Origin: Gemmatimonadota bacterium
Lineage (GTDB): Bacteria > Gemmatimonadota > Gemmatimonadetes > Palauibacterales > Palauibacteraceae
DNA length: 64,000 bases
Direction of reading: 5' to 3'
NCBI GenBank assembly: GCA_046758745.1
Contig: JBHIAV010000003.1
Span: 1 to 64,000, forward strand
The first letter of the stretch is position 1, and each line of letters begins with the position of its first letter. Of the stretch, positions 52,214 to 61,766 are shown piece after piece. Below the pieces are notes generated by a model. It searched no databases and was not told the origin of the DNA. It worked only from the letters and a program-made list of their open reading frames with translations. The position numbers and the translations under genes were made by a program.

Positions 52214-52420
52214 GTGATCAGTGTGATTCTAAAGGAAGGCGACAGCCTGGATTGGGCGTTGAAGCAGTTTCGACGCAAGATGATACGGTCCGGACTGTTC
52301 AAGGACATGAAGAAACGACGCTTCTACGAGAAGCCCAGCGCGGCGCGGAGGCGCAAGTCGGCCGTGGCGAAGCGAAAGCGGCTCCGTTCCCTTCGGCGAG
52401 CCGCGCGTAAGAGATGGTAA
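52214..52420 (+). CDS. rpsU: 30S ribosomal protein S21
   Basis: LD.ALK.F.RK...GL...KKRRFYEKPS..RRRK; GAGG SD before GTG. Confidence 0.9.
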   Translation: MISVILKEGDSLDWALKQFRRKMIRSGLFKDMKKRRFYEKPSAARRRKSAVAKRKRLRSLRRAARKRW

Positions 52421-52763
52421 GGGTGGCGTGGCGGTGATCTCGGACACAATTCGGAAGACAGCCGAGATCAGGTCCCTCCTTGGATTTCGGATCGGAATTA
52501 TGCACTTCAACGACACAATTCCGTTTCGGATTGTCTAATCGCAAAGATGCCGGTCGTGGCTTGAATCTACACACGCCCGGCTGATACCGGAGGGCAGGCG
52601 CCCGTTGACAGTGCACCGGGCGGCTTCGGTCCAACGCTCGCTCGGCGCGTGTTCGAGAGACTCGAGCGCGGGCAGCAATGCGGGCCAAGGGGGAGTCTAG
52701 TGGCTGCCTCGGCGAGAAGCCGGGGGCGGCGGGGCGAGCGAGGCGGGCCGATGCCTCCGGTCT

Positions 52764-53465
52764 TCAGAGCAAAGCTTGCCGCAGCGACAGAATCTCGCTC
52801 CCGCCGAAGGGATCGATCCGGGACGCCACCGCAGGAGGTAGGTGCCGGCCCATCCAGCGAAGGCCGCCCTCTTCCAACAGCTCCGCCACGTAGTTCCAGT
52901 CGACGATCCGGGCGAGCCGGCGGACGTCCGGATCGTTCGTCCGCTCCGGACTACGTGAGCCTTTCCGCCGAGCCCTCGCTCTCAGATGCGAGACCGCCTT
53001 CGGGATGAATGCGAGCTCCGGCGGCCCGGCCCGGTAACGGACCCCCTCCCACGACAGATCCCGGCATCGCCCCATCACGCTCGCCGGGACCTCCAGCGTC
53101 AGCCCCGCTCCCAGCGTGAAGACCAGGGCGTTTTTCCTCTTGCGGTAGCAGGAGACGTCGAGCAGCCCGAGCGGTCCGGTGACATGGACGAAGCCCGTCC
53201 TCGGCGAAAGGAGTCGGGGAAGCCGGAGTTCGGATGCGATCGCGACCTCCGACAGCCTCAGCACGCGGATCCTCTCGACGGCACTGAGCACCCGCTTGCC
53301 CCTCTCGAAGACCCCTCGCTCGATCGCGGCGTCGACGTCGTGTTCCGGCTGCCGGCAGTTCCCGAGCAACGGCAAGAAGCTGAGCGACCCGGATACGAAG
53401 TAGTCGTCGGAGCCTGCCACCGTCTCCAGCAGCCTCTCCAGCAACAACCCGGCGTTCGCGGACAC
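52764..53465 (-). CDS. Hypothetical protein with nucleotidyltransferase-like motifs
   Basis: YFVSGS..R...DVD, later LLDV; pattern resembles the pol-beta superfamily. Confidence 0.55.
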   Translation of the reverse strand: MSANAGLLLERLLETVAGSDDYFVSGSLSFLPLLGNCRQPEHDVDAAIERGVFERGKRVLSAVERIRVLRLSEVAIASELRLPRLLSPRTGFVHVTGPLGLLDVSCYRKRKNALVFTLGAGLTLEVPASVMGRCRDLSWEGVRYRAGPPELAFIPKAVSHLRARARRKGSRSPERTNDPDVRRLARIVDWNYVAELLEEGGLRWMGRHLPPAVASRIDPFGGSEILSLRQALL

Positions 53466-53618
53466 TGCTAGCAGCGGCTCACCTGGGGTCCCCGCTTTTT
53501 CCGACCGTCACGCCCCGATGCGGAAGGGACGCCTCCGGGCATGCCCTCGCGCCGCGCTGCGTATCGCGCCGATCGATGGTTGTCGGGGGAGCCGGCGAGG
53601 TCGTGCGAAGCATGCGGA

Positions 53619-54368
53619 TCACTTCGGGGCAACCTGTCCGGCCCACTCCGCGCTGACCCGACCGAGCTCCTCGATCACCTCGCCGTCCGAACGTCCCGAG
53701 CTCTTCCGCACATGGAACCCGTGGTCCGCTCCCTCCACGACATGGAGTGTCGCGGAATCCCCGAGCCGCTCGCACACCGGACGAAGCAGCTCGAGATCGG
53801 CGAGCGAGTCCCGGCTTCCCTGCACGAAGAGCATCGGCTGCGGGACCCGGATGAGGTGATCGGCCCGGTCGGTCGAGGGCCTGCCGGGGGCATGCAGAGG
53901 GAAGCCGAAGAAAGCGATGCCGAGCACCCGATCCAATCCGCCCTCCGACGCCGCCAGGGACGTCATGCGACCGCCCATCGATTTCCCCCCCGCGTGCATC
54001 GGAAGATCTCCTGCCGCGCCGGCGGCAGCCTCGATCGCCGAGCGGACGGTCGTGAGGAGGATCGGGTGTGGATCGGGCCTCCGACGCCCTCGCTCCATGT
54101 ATGGGAAGTGATATCGGAAGGTCGCGATTCGGTGGTCGGCCAGCGCCGCCGCCATCGCCTCCATGAACCGGTGTCGCATGCCGGCACCGGCGCCGTGGGC
54201 GAACACGAAGAGCCACCGGGCGTCGGGCGGCCGGAGGAGCAGCGCGGACACCTCGCCCGAGCTGCGGGTCGCCTGGAAGCGGATCGCCTCGGCGGCGTTC
54301 TGGGCTCCGTCACCGCGGCAGCCGGCGCGGCAGGTCGCTTCGGCCCGCCGCGATATGCTCTCGGTCAT
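53619..54368 (-). CDS. Alpha/beta hydrolase (KANL3/Tex30-like)
   Basis: AHGAGAGM, GGKSMGGR, QGSRD, GADHGF. Confidence 0.88.
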   Translation of the reverse strand: MTESISRRAEATCRAGCRGDGAQNAAEAIRFQATRSSGEVSALLLRPPDARWLFVFAHGAGAGMRHRFMEAMAAALADHRIATFRYHFPYMERGRRRPDPHPILLTTVRSAIEAAAGAAGDLPMHAGGKSMGGRMTSLAASEGGLDRVLGIAFFGFPLHAPGRPSTDRADHLIRVPQPMLFVQGSRDSLADLELLRPVCERLGDSATLHVVEGADHGFHVRKSSGRSDGEVIEELGRVSAEWAGQVAPK

Positions 54369-54644
54369 TTCTGAATCTCCGGGACGCGGCTAGGCACGAG
54401 CCCGTCATAAGCAAAGAGCCAGTCCCCCCGGGCCGGGTCGCTCGTCGTAGGCGCCGGCGGCGGGCACCGCGAAAGCGATGATCGCCCCGGGCCACGAGAG
54501 ATTCAACCGAGCGCGGACTGTTCGGCATCACCGGCCGCGGCGCACACGATCGGCGCGGGGACGTCGAGCTGGACGAGAGGCGCTTCGACCCGGAGCACTG
54601 GACGGAGGGATCTCTCGAGTAGAGGCGCGGGCGGCGCTCAGCCT

Positions 54645-56249
54645 TCAGCGGAGCCGCTCGCTCAGCCACTCCGCCAGGTCGGCCAGCACCCTGCGGGCCA
54701 CGGACTTCGAGGGGAGGCGGGCGTAGCCGGCCGGATCACCGTCGGGATCATCTAGAAAGAGGTGGTTGACGTCTGGATACACCCGCACGGTAACGTCCGG
54801 ATTCCCGCCTTCGCGCATCGCTGCTCCGAGCTCCTCCGCCTGATCCGGGGTGATCTGGGTGTCCGTCGCGCCCTGGAGTATGAGCGCCGGCGACCGCACC
54901 CGGCGGGCCTCCGCAAGCGGGTCGTGATCGAGGAACCAGGCGATCCAGGCGTGAACGGCGGCCAGCGAGTCGACCCGCTCCATGGCCGCGGCGAGCGCCG
55001 AGTCGCGGGCGACCGGCGCGATCGACGTGTCCCGTTCGATGGCGAAGGCGTTCTGGTAGCGCAGGATTTCCCGTCCCGTTCTGGAGGGTCCCGCCAGGGT
55101 GACGATCGCACCGATCGTCGGATCGGTCCCCGCCACCATCAGCGCGATGAGGCCGCCCTCGCTGTGTCCGACGAGGGCGATGCGGGAGCTGTCCATATCG
55201 GGCCGCCCGCGCAGATACGCGACCGCCGCCCGGAAATCCTCGGCGAAGTCGGCCGTCGTCGCGTTCCTCACATCGCCCGTGGAGGCCCCGAAGCCGCGGT
55301 CATCCATCCGGAGCACCACGATCCCTCTTCGAGTCAGGGTATCGGCGATATCACGGAACGGGCGGTAGCCGGGCACTGTCGCCAGGGCCTCATCACGGTC
55401 CTGCAGCCCCGAGCCCGTGATGAGAACGGCCGCCGGGACGGGGCCCGTCGCCTCCCGCGGACGGGCCAACGTCCCGGCCAGGGTGTGGCCACCGGGCCCG
55501 CGTACGGTCACCTCCTCCGCCACGTAGGGCGCGTCCGCGGGCGCTGAGTAGTCCGGCGGGGCGACTCGGACCTGCCCGGGGGCCTCGCTCCGCCTGACCT
55601 CGACGCCCTGCGAGGGCACGTGCCCCCCCAGGAGACGCCCCGCCGTGTCGATCACGCCTCGGAACTCGACCGGCCCGAGCATCACGCGCACCGAGTCCCC
55701 AGGGAGCGACTCGACCCCGGCGGTGATGGTTTGCCCGTTCCCGACCAGGAAGAGTGGCAACTCGACGCTTCCCTCCCCCATCGCCCGAGCCCGGAGGATG
55801 ACGTGCTCCACCAGAGCGAAGGAGAGGTTGAGGAACGGGATGGCACCTTCGCGGGTGCCGAGTCGCTGGTGCGGCGGGGCCGGCGATCCGCGAACCTCGG
55901 CGAACGCGCTGTCGCCCCGAAAGTCGATCTCCGCCGTCATCAACGGCTCCGACCCCGGCTCTGCCGCCGGCCGGATCTCCAGCTCGAAGCGCTCAGCCGT
56001 GAAATCCTCGGCGCCCCGGAGCCGGTAGGTGAGCCACCGGCCGGTCAGACGATCGGCGAGCACTCCCTCCAAGGACGGCCCCGTTCGCTCGAAACGCTCC
56101 ACCGCGATGGTGTCCTCGCCGAGCAGGACGACGAAGCCGGCGGGCGCCGCGGCATCCTGGGCGAGGAGCGGCCCGGCGAGGAGCACACGGCCGAGGAGCA
56201 TCGCCACCCCGACGCCCGACGCCACCGCACCGAACCTCACCCTACGCAA
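54645..56249 (-). CDS. Secreted alpha/beta hydrolase/peptidase
   Basis: LAGTL, ITGSGLQDRDE, DDRG.G.S, GHSEGG, QGATD, NHLF; TTG start with GGAG SD overlapping the sdpI stop. Confidence 0.85.
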   Translation of the reverse strand: MRRVRFGAVASGVGVAMLLGRVLLAGPLLAQDAAAPAGFVVLLGEDTIAVERFERTGPSLEGVLADRLTGRWLTYRLRGAEDFTAERFELEIRPAAEPGSEPLMTAEIDFRGDSAFAEVRGSPAPPHQRLGTREGAIPFLNLSFALVEHVILRARAMGEGSVELPLFLVGNGQTITAGVESLPGDSVRVMLGPVEFRGVIDTAGRLLGGHVPSQGVEVRRSEAPGQVRVAPPDYSAPADAPYVAEEVTVRGPGGHTLAGTLARPREATGPVPAAVLITGSGLQDRDEALATVPGYRPFRDIADTLTRRGIVVLRMDDRGFGASTGDVRNATTADFAEDFRAAVAYLRGRPDMDSSRIALVGHSEGGLIALMVAGTDPTIGAIVTLAGPSRTGREILRYQNAFAIERDTSIAPVARDSALAAAMERVDSLAAVHAWIAWFLDHDPLAEARRVRSPALILQGATDTQITPDQAEELGAAMREGGNPDVTVRVYPDVNHLFLDDPDGDPAGYARLPSKSVARRVLADLAEWLSERLR

Positions 56250-56889
56250 CGCCTTTGCTCCTTTCCCGCCGGAAGGCCACATAGGAGAAGACGAGCGGGA
56301 CCACCGCGGCCAGCATGACGGCCGTCCCCGCGATCCAGCCCCGCAGGCGCGCCGGGGCGACGATCGTGAGGAGGAACGTCACCCCCGCCCCGACGAAGCA
56401 GCGGCCGGCCAGGCGGTGCGTGGCCTTCCACACCGACTCGCTCTCCAGCGTCCACGGCGTTCGAATGCCGATCCACCAGTTCGACCTGACCCGCGGAAGG
56501 TAGTTGCCGATCGCAATCAGGACGACGCCGAGCGCGACCAGCATGAGACGCGGTCCCACGATCGGCCAGCCGAGGGCCTCCCCGAAGGAGAGCACCTCGA
56601 TGAAGGCGATGAGAAGGACGATCCAGTTGACGAGAAGCCAGTACGTTTCGCGGAAGCGCTCGTAGTGCTGCCGGCGCGGATCGATGCGCGGCAGGAAGAG
56701 AAGGAGGAGCCACACCAGCAGGCCGAGGCCCGGGAAGAGGAACGCGCCAGGCCACTTCGCCATCCAGCCGTCCGCCTCCCAGCGCAGGTTCCAGTGGGTC
56801 GGGATCTCTCGGGGAAGCGAGGGGAAGGCGAGGAGCGAGGCCGCCAGCATGGCGGCGATCACCACCGGGGCGATCCACGGCCGCCTCAT
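56242..56889 (-). CDS. sdpI: SdpI family membrane protein (DUF1648 + SdpI)
   Basis: LP.EIPTHW..ADG, GNYLP....NWWIGIRTPWTL....W..THR. Confidence 0.88.
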   Translation of the reverse strand: MRRPWIAPVVIAAMLAASLLAFPSLPREIPTHWNLRWEADGWMAKWPGAFLFPGLGLLVWLLLLFLPRIDPRRQHYERFRETYWLLVNWIVLLIAFIEVLSFGEALGWPIVGPRLMLVALGVVLIAIGNYLPRVRSNWWIGIRTPWTLESESVWKATHRLAGRCFVGAGVTFLLTIVAPARLRGWIAGTAVMLAAVVPLVFSYVAFRRERSKGVA

Positions 56890-57161
56890 CGCCTCTTCCC
56901 CACATCGAACAGCTCCATGATCTCCTCCAGCACTTCCTGGAAGACGGTGCTCTCGAGGGAGTACACGATGCGGCGCCCCTCCCGCACCGCGCTTACCAGC
57001 CCCGCCTCCTTCAGCACCGCCAGATGGTGCGAAACGGACGCGCCCGTGATCGGAAAGAGCGCCGCGATCTCACCGGCCGGCATATCCCTGCTCCGAAGCA
57101 CGTGGAGGATCCGCCTGCGAGTAGGATCGGCCAGGGCATGCAGCGTCCGATCGATCGGCAA
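56886..57161 (-). CDS. sdpR: ArsR-family autorepressor, SdpR-like
   Basis: ALADPTRRRIL, AGEIA..F, SHHL.VLKEAGLV, Y.L..TVFQE; ATGA overlap with sdpI. Confidence 0.88.
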   Translation of the reverse strand: MPIDRTLHALADPTRRRILHVLRSRDMPAGEIAALFPITGASVSHHLAVLKEAGLVSAVREGRRIVYSLESTVFQEVLEEIMELFDVGKRR

Positions 57162-57183
57162 CGGCCTCTCCGGGAGCGGGATG

Positions 57184-57216
57184 TTTAGACATACATCTAT
57201 TAGATGACTGTCTAAA
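57184..57216. promoter_or_regulatory. 33-bp palindromic operator, probable SdpR site
   Basis: TTTAGACA-TA-CATCTA-T-TAGATG-AC-TGTCTAAA; AT-rich island just upstream of sdpR. Confidence 0.8.
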
Positions 57217-57468
57217 TAATGTCGGCGTCATATCCGCCCGTCAAGCTTCCGGAGGCTCCGCATCGCCGAGGTGCCCGGGATCTCCTCTCCGGCCTTGCCG
57301 CGTGTGCGCTCACCGGAACGGGGAGAATCTCCCCGCGCCTCTCGACGCCGGCCGTGTGGCGCGCTCGGTTGCCGCGCTACCTGACCCTCGGTTGCCGCGC
57401 CCCCGGCGGGGGCCGCATCCTGACCGCGGCCGGCCTCCAGCGAACTGACGGGGAGGGAGAGGCGACGC

Positions 57469-59019
57469 ATGTCTGCGGGGCATTCCGAGGCGGCGGAGCG
57501 CGATCGAGGCGCGTGGCGGAGCCAGCTCGCCCTCCCGATCGTGGGGATCACGCTCATGGCCGTCCTCCTCCGCTTGCCGTCCCTCCTGGACGCCTTCTGG
57601 CTGGACGAGATCTGGTCGCTCGAGCTGGCGGAGCAAGCGGGCTCCGCCGCGCGGGTGTTCACGGCGCTGCACCACGACAACAACCACTACCTGAACACCC
57701 TCTACCTGCTCGCCCTCGGGCCCGAGGCGGCCTGGCCCCTCTTCCGCCTCCCCGCCCTCCTGGCCGGAGCGGGAGTCGTCTACCTGGCGGGACGCCTCGG
57801 GGCAAGAGAAGGACGGGCGGAGGGCGTCCTGGCGGCTTTCCTCCTCGCGGTCTCGTACCCCTTCGTCCTCTACTCCTCCGAGGCCCGGGGATACGGCCTC
57901 GTCGTCTTGCTCTCCCTGGCCGCGTACGCCACGCTCGCACGTCATCTGGAGGACCGGCGCTTCGCGACGGCAGGGGCTTTCGCCGCCACCGCGTCGCTCG
58001 GCTTCCTGTCGCATCTCACCTTCCTGACCGTGTACGCCCCGCTCCTGGCCTGGTCGGCGTTCCGGATCGTGACGACGCGGCGCGGCCTGCGGGAGACGGT
58101 GGCCCGCCTCACCGCTTGCCATCTCCTGCCAGTCGCTACCGTCGCGGTGCTCTTCTTCGTCGACCTCCGGCACCTTCGCGCGGGCGGAGGGCCGGACCTT
58201 CCGCTCCTCCGCGGGTGGCTCGACGCATACGTCTACTCGCTCGGCGCGCCGCGCACGGGTCTCCTCGGCCTTGTCGTCGTGGTAGGGGGCGCAGCCGCGG
58301 TACTGCTGGAGCTCGAGGCGCTTCGGCGGCGGCGCGCCGACGAGTGGATCTTCTTCCTCTTCGTGCTGGCCGCACCGGTCGGTCTCCTGGTGGCGACCGG
58401 GACCGGCTACGCTCCGCCGCGCTATTTCCTCGCCTCCCTCCCCTTCGCCCTCCTCCTCCTGGCGCGCACCCTCGCGAGGGGATTCCGCACCGCGCCGGCC
58501 GGCCGCCTCGCCGCCGGTGCGCTCCTTCTCACCTTCGGAGTGGGGAACGGATGGCGGATCGGCCGATTCCTGGCCGAGGGCCGCGGAGCCTATCGGGAGG
58601 CGGTCGAGCACATGGCCGGGCACACGTCCGCCGCTCTGATTCGCGTCGGGAGCGATCACGACTTCCGGAACGAGAAGGTGCTTCACTATTACGCGCGCTT
58701 CCTGCCGGCCGGCAAGACGCTGAGGTACGTGACGGCCGGCGAGCGACCGTCCGCCCCCCCCGAGTGGTACCTCATCCACGACCTGGAGGATGACTTCCGG
58801 CCGGAGGTGAGGATCGCGATCGCCAGCGGAACCGGATACGCGCTCCAGGCGGTGTTCCGGAAGTACGGCCTGTCGGGCTGGAACTGGGCCGTGTACCGGC
58901 GCGAGGAGCGGGGAATGGGCCGTGGTCCGGCGCGAGGAGGGAGGAGCGAGTCGGCGTCCTACTCGCCGTCCCCGGTCGGGCCGGCCGGCGTCGCGGTTCG
59001 CTCCCGTGCGCGGCGGTAG
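57469..59019 (+). CDS. GT-C fold membrane glycosyltransferase (PMT/ArnT-like)
   Basis: FWLDE after TM1, RLP, YSSEARGYGL, RYFL; many TM segments. Confidence 0.8.
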   Translation: MSAGHSEAAERDRGAWRSQLALPIVGITLMAVLLRLPSLLDAFWLDEIWSLELAEQAGSAARVFTALHHDNNHYLNTLYLLALGPEAAWPLFRLPALLAGAGVVYLAGRLGAREGRAEGVLAAFLLAVSYPFVLYSSEARGYGLVVLLSLAAYATLARHLEDRRFATAGAFAATASLGFLSHLTFLTVYAPLLAWSAFRIVTTRRGLRETVARLTACHLLPVATVAVLFFVDLRHLRAGGGPDLPLLRGWLDAYVYSLGAPRTGLLGLVVVVGGAAAVLLELEALRRRRADEWIFFLFVLAAPVGLLVATGTGYAPPRYFLASLPFALLLLARTLARGFRTAPAGRLAAGALLLTFGVGNGWRIGRFLAEGRGAYREAVEHMAGHTSAALIRVGSDHDFRNEKVLHYYARFLPAGKTLRYVTAGERPSAPPEWYLIHDLEDDFRPEVRIAIASGTGYALQAVFRKYGLSGWNWAVYRREERGMGRGPARGGRSESASYSPSPVGPAGVAVRSRARR

Positions 59020-59558
59020 AGCCGGCGGAGGAGGAAGGTGACCGCCAGGATGGTGACGATGGCCAGCCACACGCCTCCGAAGACCGATGCGTCGAGCTGC
59101 GCGGCGGACTCACCGACCAGGTACCCGATCGTCCCGATCCCGATCGCCCACACCATGCAGTTGATCGCCTCGCCGATGAGGAAATAGGGCGCCGATACGG
59201 AGCTGAGGCCGATCGCCACGGCCCCGATTCGCCGCATCCCGTACATGTACTGGAGGGCGATCACGGCGGTCAGAGATCGGCGGCGGATCAGCGCGTCCAT
59301 ACGGCCGATCCCCGGCCCCCAGCGGGGGAACCAGGCCAGTATCCGCTGGCCGCTGAACACGCGCCCCAGCGTGAAGAAGAGGAAGTGGCTGAACCAGCTG
59401 CCCACCGCCGCGGCGAGCCACACCGCGAACGGATCGAGCAACCCCCTGTTGGCCAGGGCGGCGGCGGAGATGAGAACGGTCTCGCCCTCCAGGAACGAGC
59501 CGAACGCCACGCCCAGCCAGCCGTACTCCCGCAGGAGCTCGAGGACGGTGGGATCCAC
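58959..59558 (-). CDS. DedA family protein
   Basis: YG....F.GSFLEGET, G....F.LGR; hydrophobic profile. Confidence 0.85.
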   Translation of the reverse strand: MDPTVLELLREYGWLGVAFGSFLEGETVLISAAALANRGLLDPFAVWLAAAVGSWFSHFLFFTLGRVFSGQRILAWFPRWGPGIGRMDALIRRRSLTAVIALQYMYGMRRIGAVAIGLSSVSAPYFLIGEAINCMVWAIGIGTIGYLVGESAAQLDASVFGGVWLAIVTILAVTFLLRRLYRRARERTATPAGPTGDGE

Positions 59559-59846
59559 GGGGCTGGAGCGGGCCGGGCGCCGCGGGCTATGCGCCCGTTT
59601 GTGCGGGCCGAGCCGGCCCGCCGGGGCCGGCCATCCGTCCCGTCACCACCTACCCGACAGCTCGAGGCGCGCGAGCTTCATGCCGACCCTCCCCCGTGAT
59701 GTGATGCGAAGTGCGAGCGTCGTTCCGTCGGCGTCAGGATGCGGCCGCTCCACCGCAAGGCACAATACCTCGCGGGGCGTGGGGTGGGGCGCGGTGCGGG
59801 CCGCGTCCGCTGGAAGAGGCGTCGTCCGACCCGGACGACGGATCCG

Positions 59847-60068
59847 CTACAGGCCGAGGAGAAAGCGGTGCTCCACCGGGCTTCCGCCCGCGTGCACCAC
59901 CTTGTCCGGTCGGAAGTCCACCAGGGTGATGCGGTCGCAGCCGTCCGGATAGGACGTCTCGACCCGCCACCGCCGCATGTCGCCGTCGCGCACCTCGGCG
60001 ATCGTAGCCCTGGTGGGGCGCTCCCGGTGCGGGCAGCTCTCGACGACCACCGCCTTATCGGGCTCCAT
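59847..60068 (-). CDS. Hypothetical small protein (73 aa)
   Basis: GGAGAG SD; sigma-54-like promoter upstream. Confidence 0.55.
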   Translation of the reverse strand: MEPDKAVVVESCPHRERPTRATIAEVRDGDMRRWRVETSYPDGCDRITLVDFRPDKVVHAGGSPVEHRFLLGL

Positions 60069-60134
60069 CGCTGGGCGCTCTCCGCTGGGATTGACAGCCT
60101 CCGGACGGGCCGGAGCGTGGATCCGGGTTGCAGA

Positions 60135-60150
60135 AGCAAAGAGTCTGCCA
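60135..60150 (-). promoter_or_regulatory. Sigma-54 (-24/-12) promoter
   Basis: TGGCAGACTCTTTGCT, close to the consensus TGGCAC-N5-TTGCW. Confidence 0.65.
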
Positions 60151-60394
60151 CACCTTGGGAATCAGCTTGGATCAGCCGCAACGTGCTGCAAGAGCGTCGC
60201 TTACGTGGCGCGCACATGCCGGGCTGGGTTGCCGCCCTCACCGGTTGCGCCCGACCGGGTGGCGATACGCAACACGCCCCGGTGAGCGGTGCGTGGCGGC
60301 TGCCACGTGCGCGCGACACCCGATGCCGTCGTATATTCCCCGCGAAGCGGCAATCCGCTTCCCTCCTACCGACAACCCACTCGCGGGAGCAAGG

Positions 60395-60901
60395 ATGGCG
60401 AGCGAGAAGCTTCGGAAGGCTATGAACGAGCAGATCGGGCACGAGCTCTACTCCTCTCACCTGTACCTGGCGATGTCGGTCTACTGCGCGGACCGAAACC
60501 TCAAAGGTTTCGCCCACTGGATGCGCCAGCAGAGCCGGGAAGAGGCGGGCCACGCCATGAGGTTCGTCGACTTCCTCCTCGAGTGCGGGGAGCGCGTGGA
60601 GCTCGCGGCAATCGACCAACCCCCTGCCGATTTCGGATCCCCGCTGGACATCATGCAGGGCTCGCTCGACCACGAAAGGAAGGTGACAGGGCTGATTGAG
60701 AGGCTGTACGAGACGGCGGGAGAGGAGAAGGACTACCCGGCCCAGGTCTTCCTGCAGTGGTTCATCAGCGAGCAGGTGGAGGAGGAGAGCCGTATAAGCG
60801 AGATCGTCGAGCAACTCAAGCTCTTTGGCTCAGAGGGCATCGCCCTGCTCACCCTCGACCGGGAGCTCGGCTCGCGGACCGCAGGCGAGGGGGAGGAGTA
60901 G
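60395..60901 (+). CDS. ftnA: Non-heme ferritin
   Basis: NEQI..E.YSS.LYL.M, QS.EE..HAM, HERKVT, FLQWFISEQVEEE. Confidence 0.93.
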   Translation: MASEKLRKAMNEQIGHELYSSHLYLAMSVYCADRNLKGFAHWMRQQSREEAGHAMRFVDFLLECGERVELAAIDQPPADFGSPLDIMQGSLDHERKVTGLIERLYETAGEEKDYPAQVFLQWFISEQVEEESRISEIVEQLKLFGSEGIALLTLDRELGSRTAGEGEE

Positions 60902-60909
60902 CGGGGCGT

Positions 60910-61671
60910 ATGGCTGGTTTTCGCGTCGGGTCCGTACTCGCGGCCTTCCTGGCTCTGGCCCCCGGCCTTCCGGCTCAAGCGCCGGAGGATGAGGAGCCGC
61001 TGCCGAGCGGGCTGCCGCAAGCTCGGGAGGCTCTCCCGATCACGCCGGCGGAGGTCCTCCGCGTTATCGAGTACGCGAACCCGCTCGGGATCGCGGTCCG
61101 TGAGCTTCCCCGGCAGCTGAGCCGCGCGGAGATCGGCCGCATCCAGGTGGCGCTGGCGGAGCGCGGCTTCGACCCGGGCACGCGGGAGGGAGAGCTGGAC
61201 GCCGCTACCGCCGAGGCGCTCCGGGCGTTCCAGCAAAGTCGGGGGCTGGCCCCGTGCGGCTGTGTTTCCTACGAGACCGTGACGGAGCTCGGCATACCGG
61301 TCGTGATCGTGCTCCGGCTCGCCAATGCGGGGGATTCGAAGGGGACGCGGCGAGTGAGCGCCGCGGAAGCCGGACCGGAAGGAGAGGTCGGGGGCCGGAG
61401 CAGCAACGCCTCGGCCGAGGGGTACGAAGGGGCCGAGCCCTGGGCCGCGTGGAGCCCCGTCTATCCGGTCCTCTTCCATCAGCGGGTGGAGTTTCTTCCC
61501 CCGGAAGACGGCGAGGGCGCGGTTCCATCGGCGGAGCCGCGAGGGGCCGGAACGACTTCCGGCGGCGCGACGGGTGACCGCGCGGTCCGTCCACCCGGGG
61601 TGCGCCCCGCCCCGCCCCCACGCACAGCGCCGCCCCTGCCCGGGCGGATGGCGCCTCGACGCTCGTTCTGA
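60910..61671 (+). CDS. Secreted protein with a peptidoglycan-binding domain
   Basis: IQ.AL..RGFDPG..G.LD..T..ALRAFQQSRGL; low-complexity C-terminus. Confidence 0.75.
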   Translation: MAGFRVGSVLAAFLALAPGLPAQAPEDEEPLPSGLPQAREALPITPAEVLRVIEYANPLGIAVRELPRQLSRAEIGRIQVALAERGFDPGTREGELDAATAEALRAFQQSRGLAPCGCVSYETVTELGIPVVIVLRLANAGDSKGTRRVSAAEAGPEGEVGGRSSNASAEGYEGAEPWAAWSPVYPVLFHQRVEFLPPEDGEGAVPSAEPRGAGTTSGGATGDRAVRPPGVRPAPPPRTAPPLPGRMAPRRSF

Positions 61672-61694
61672 GGAGGCTCCTCCGCGTGCGGCGT

Positions 61695-61766
61695 GAACGC
61701 CGTTCCGAGCACGGTCGCGAGCGCGGATCCGAACGCCGTTCCGAGCGCGGATCCGCACGCGTGCGG
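61695..61766. repeat. 12-bp-period minisatellite followed by a 14-bp palindrome
   Basis: GAACGCCGTTCC/GAGCACGGTCGC/GAGCGCGGATCC/GAACGCCGTTCC/GAGCGCGGATCC then CCGCACGCGTGCGG. Confidence 0.7.

Noticed and set aside
52435-52585. Firm call as 6S RNA
   Set aside because: The bubble is asymmetric and the resemblance is superficial; kept only as an unassigned structure
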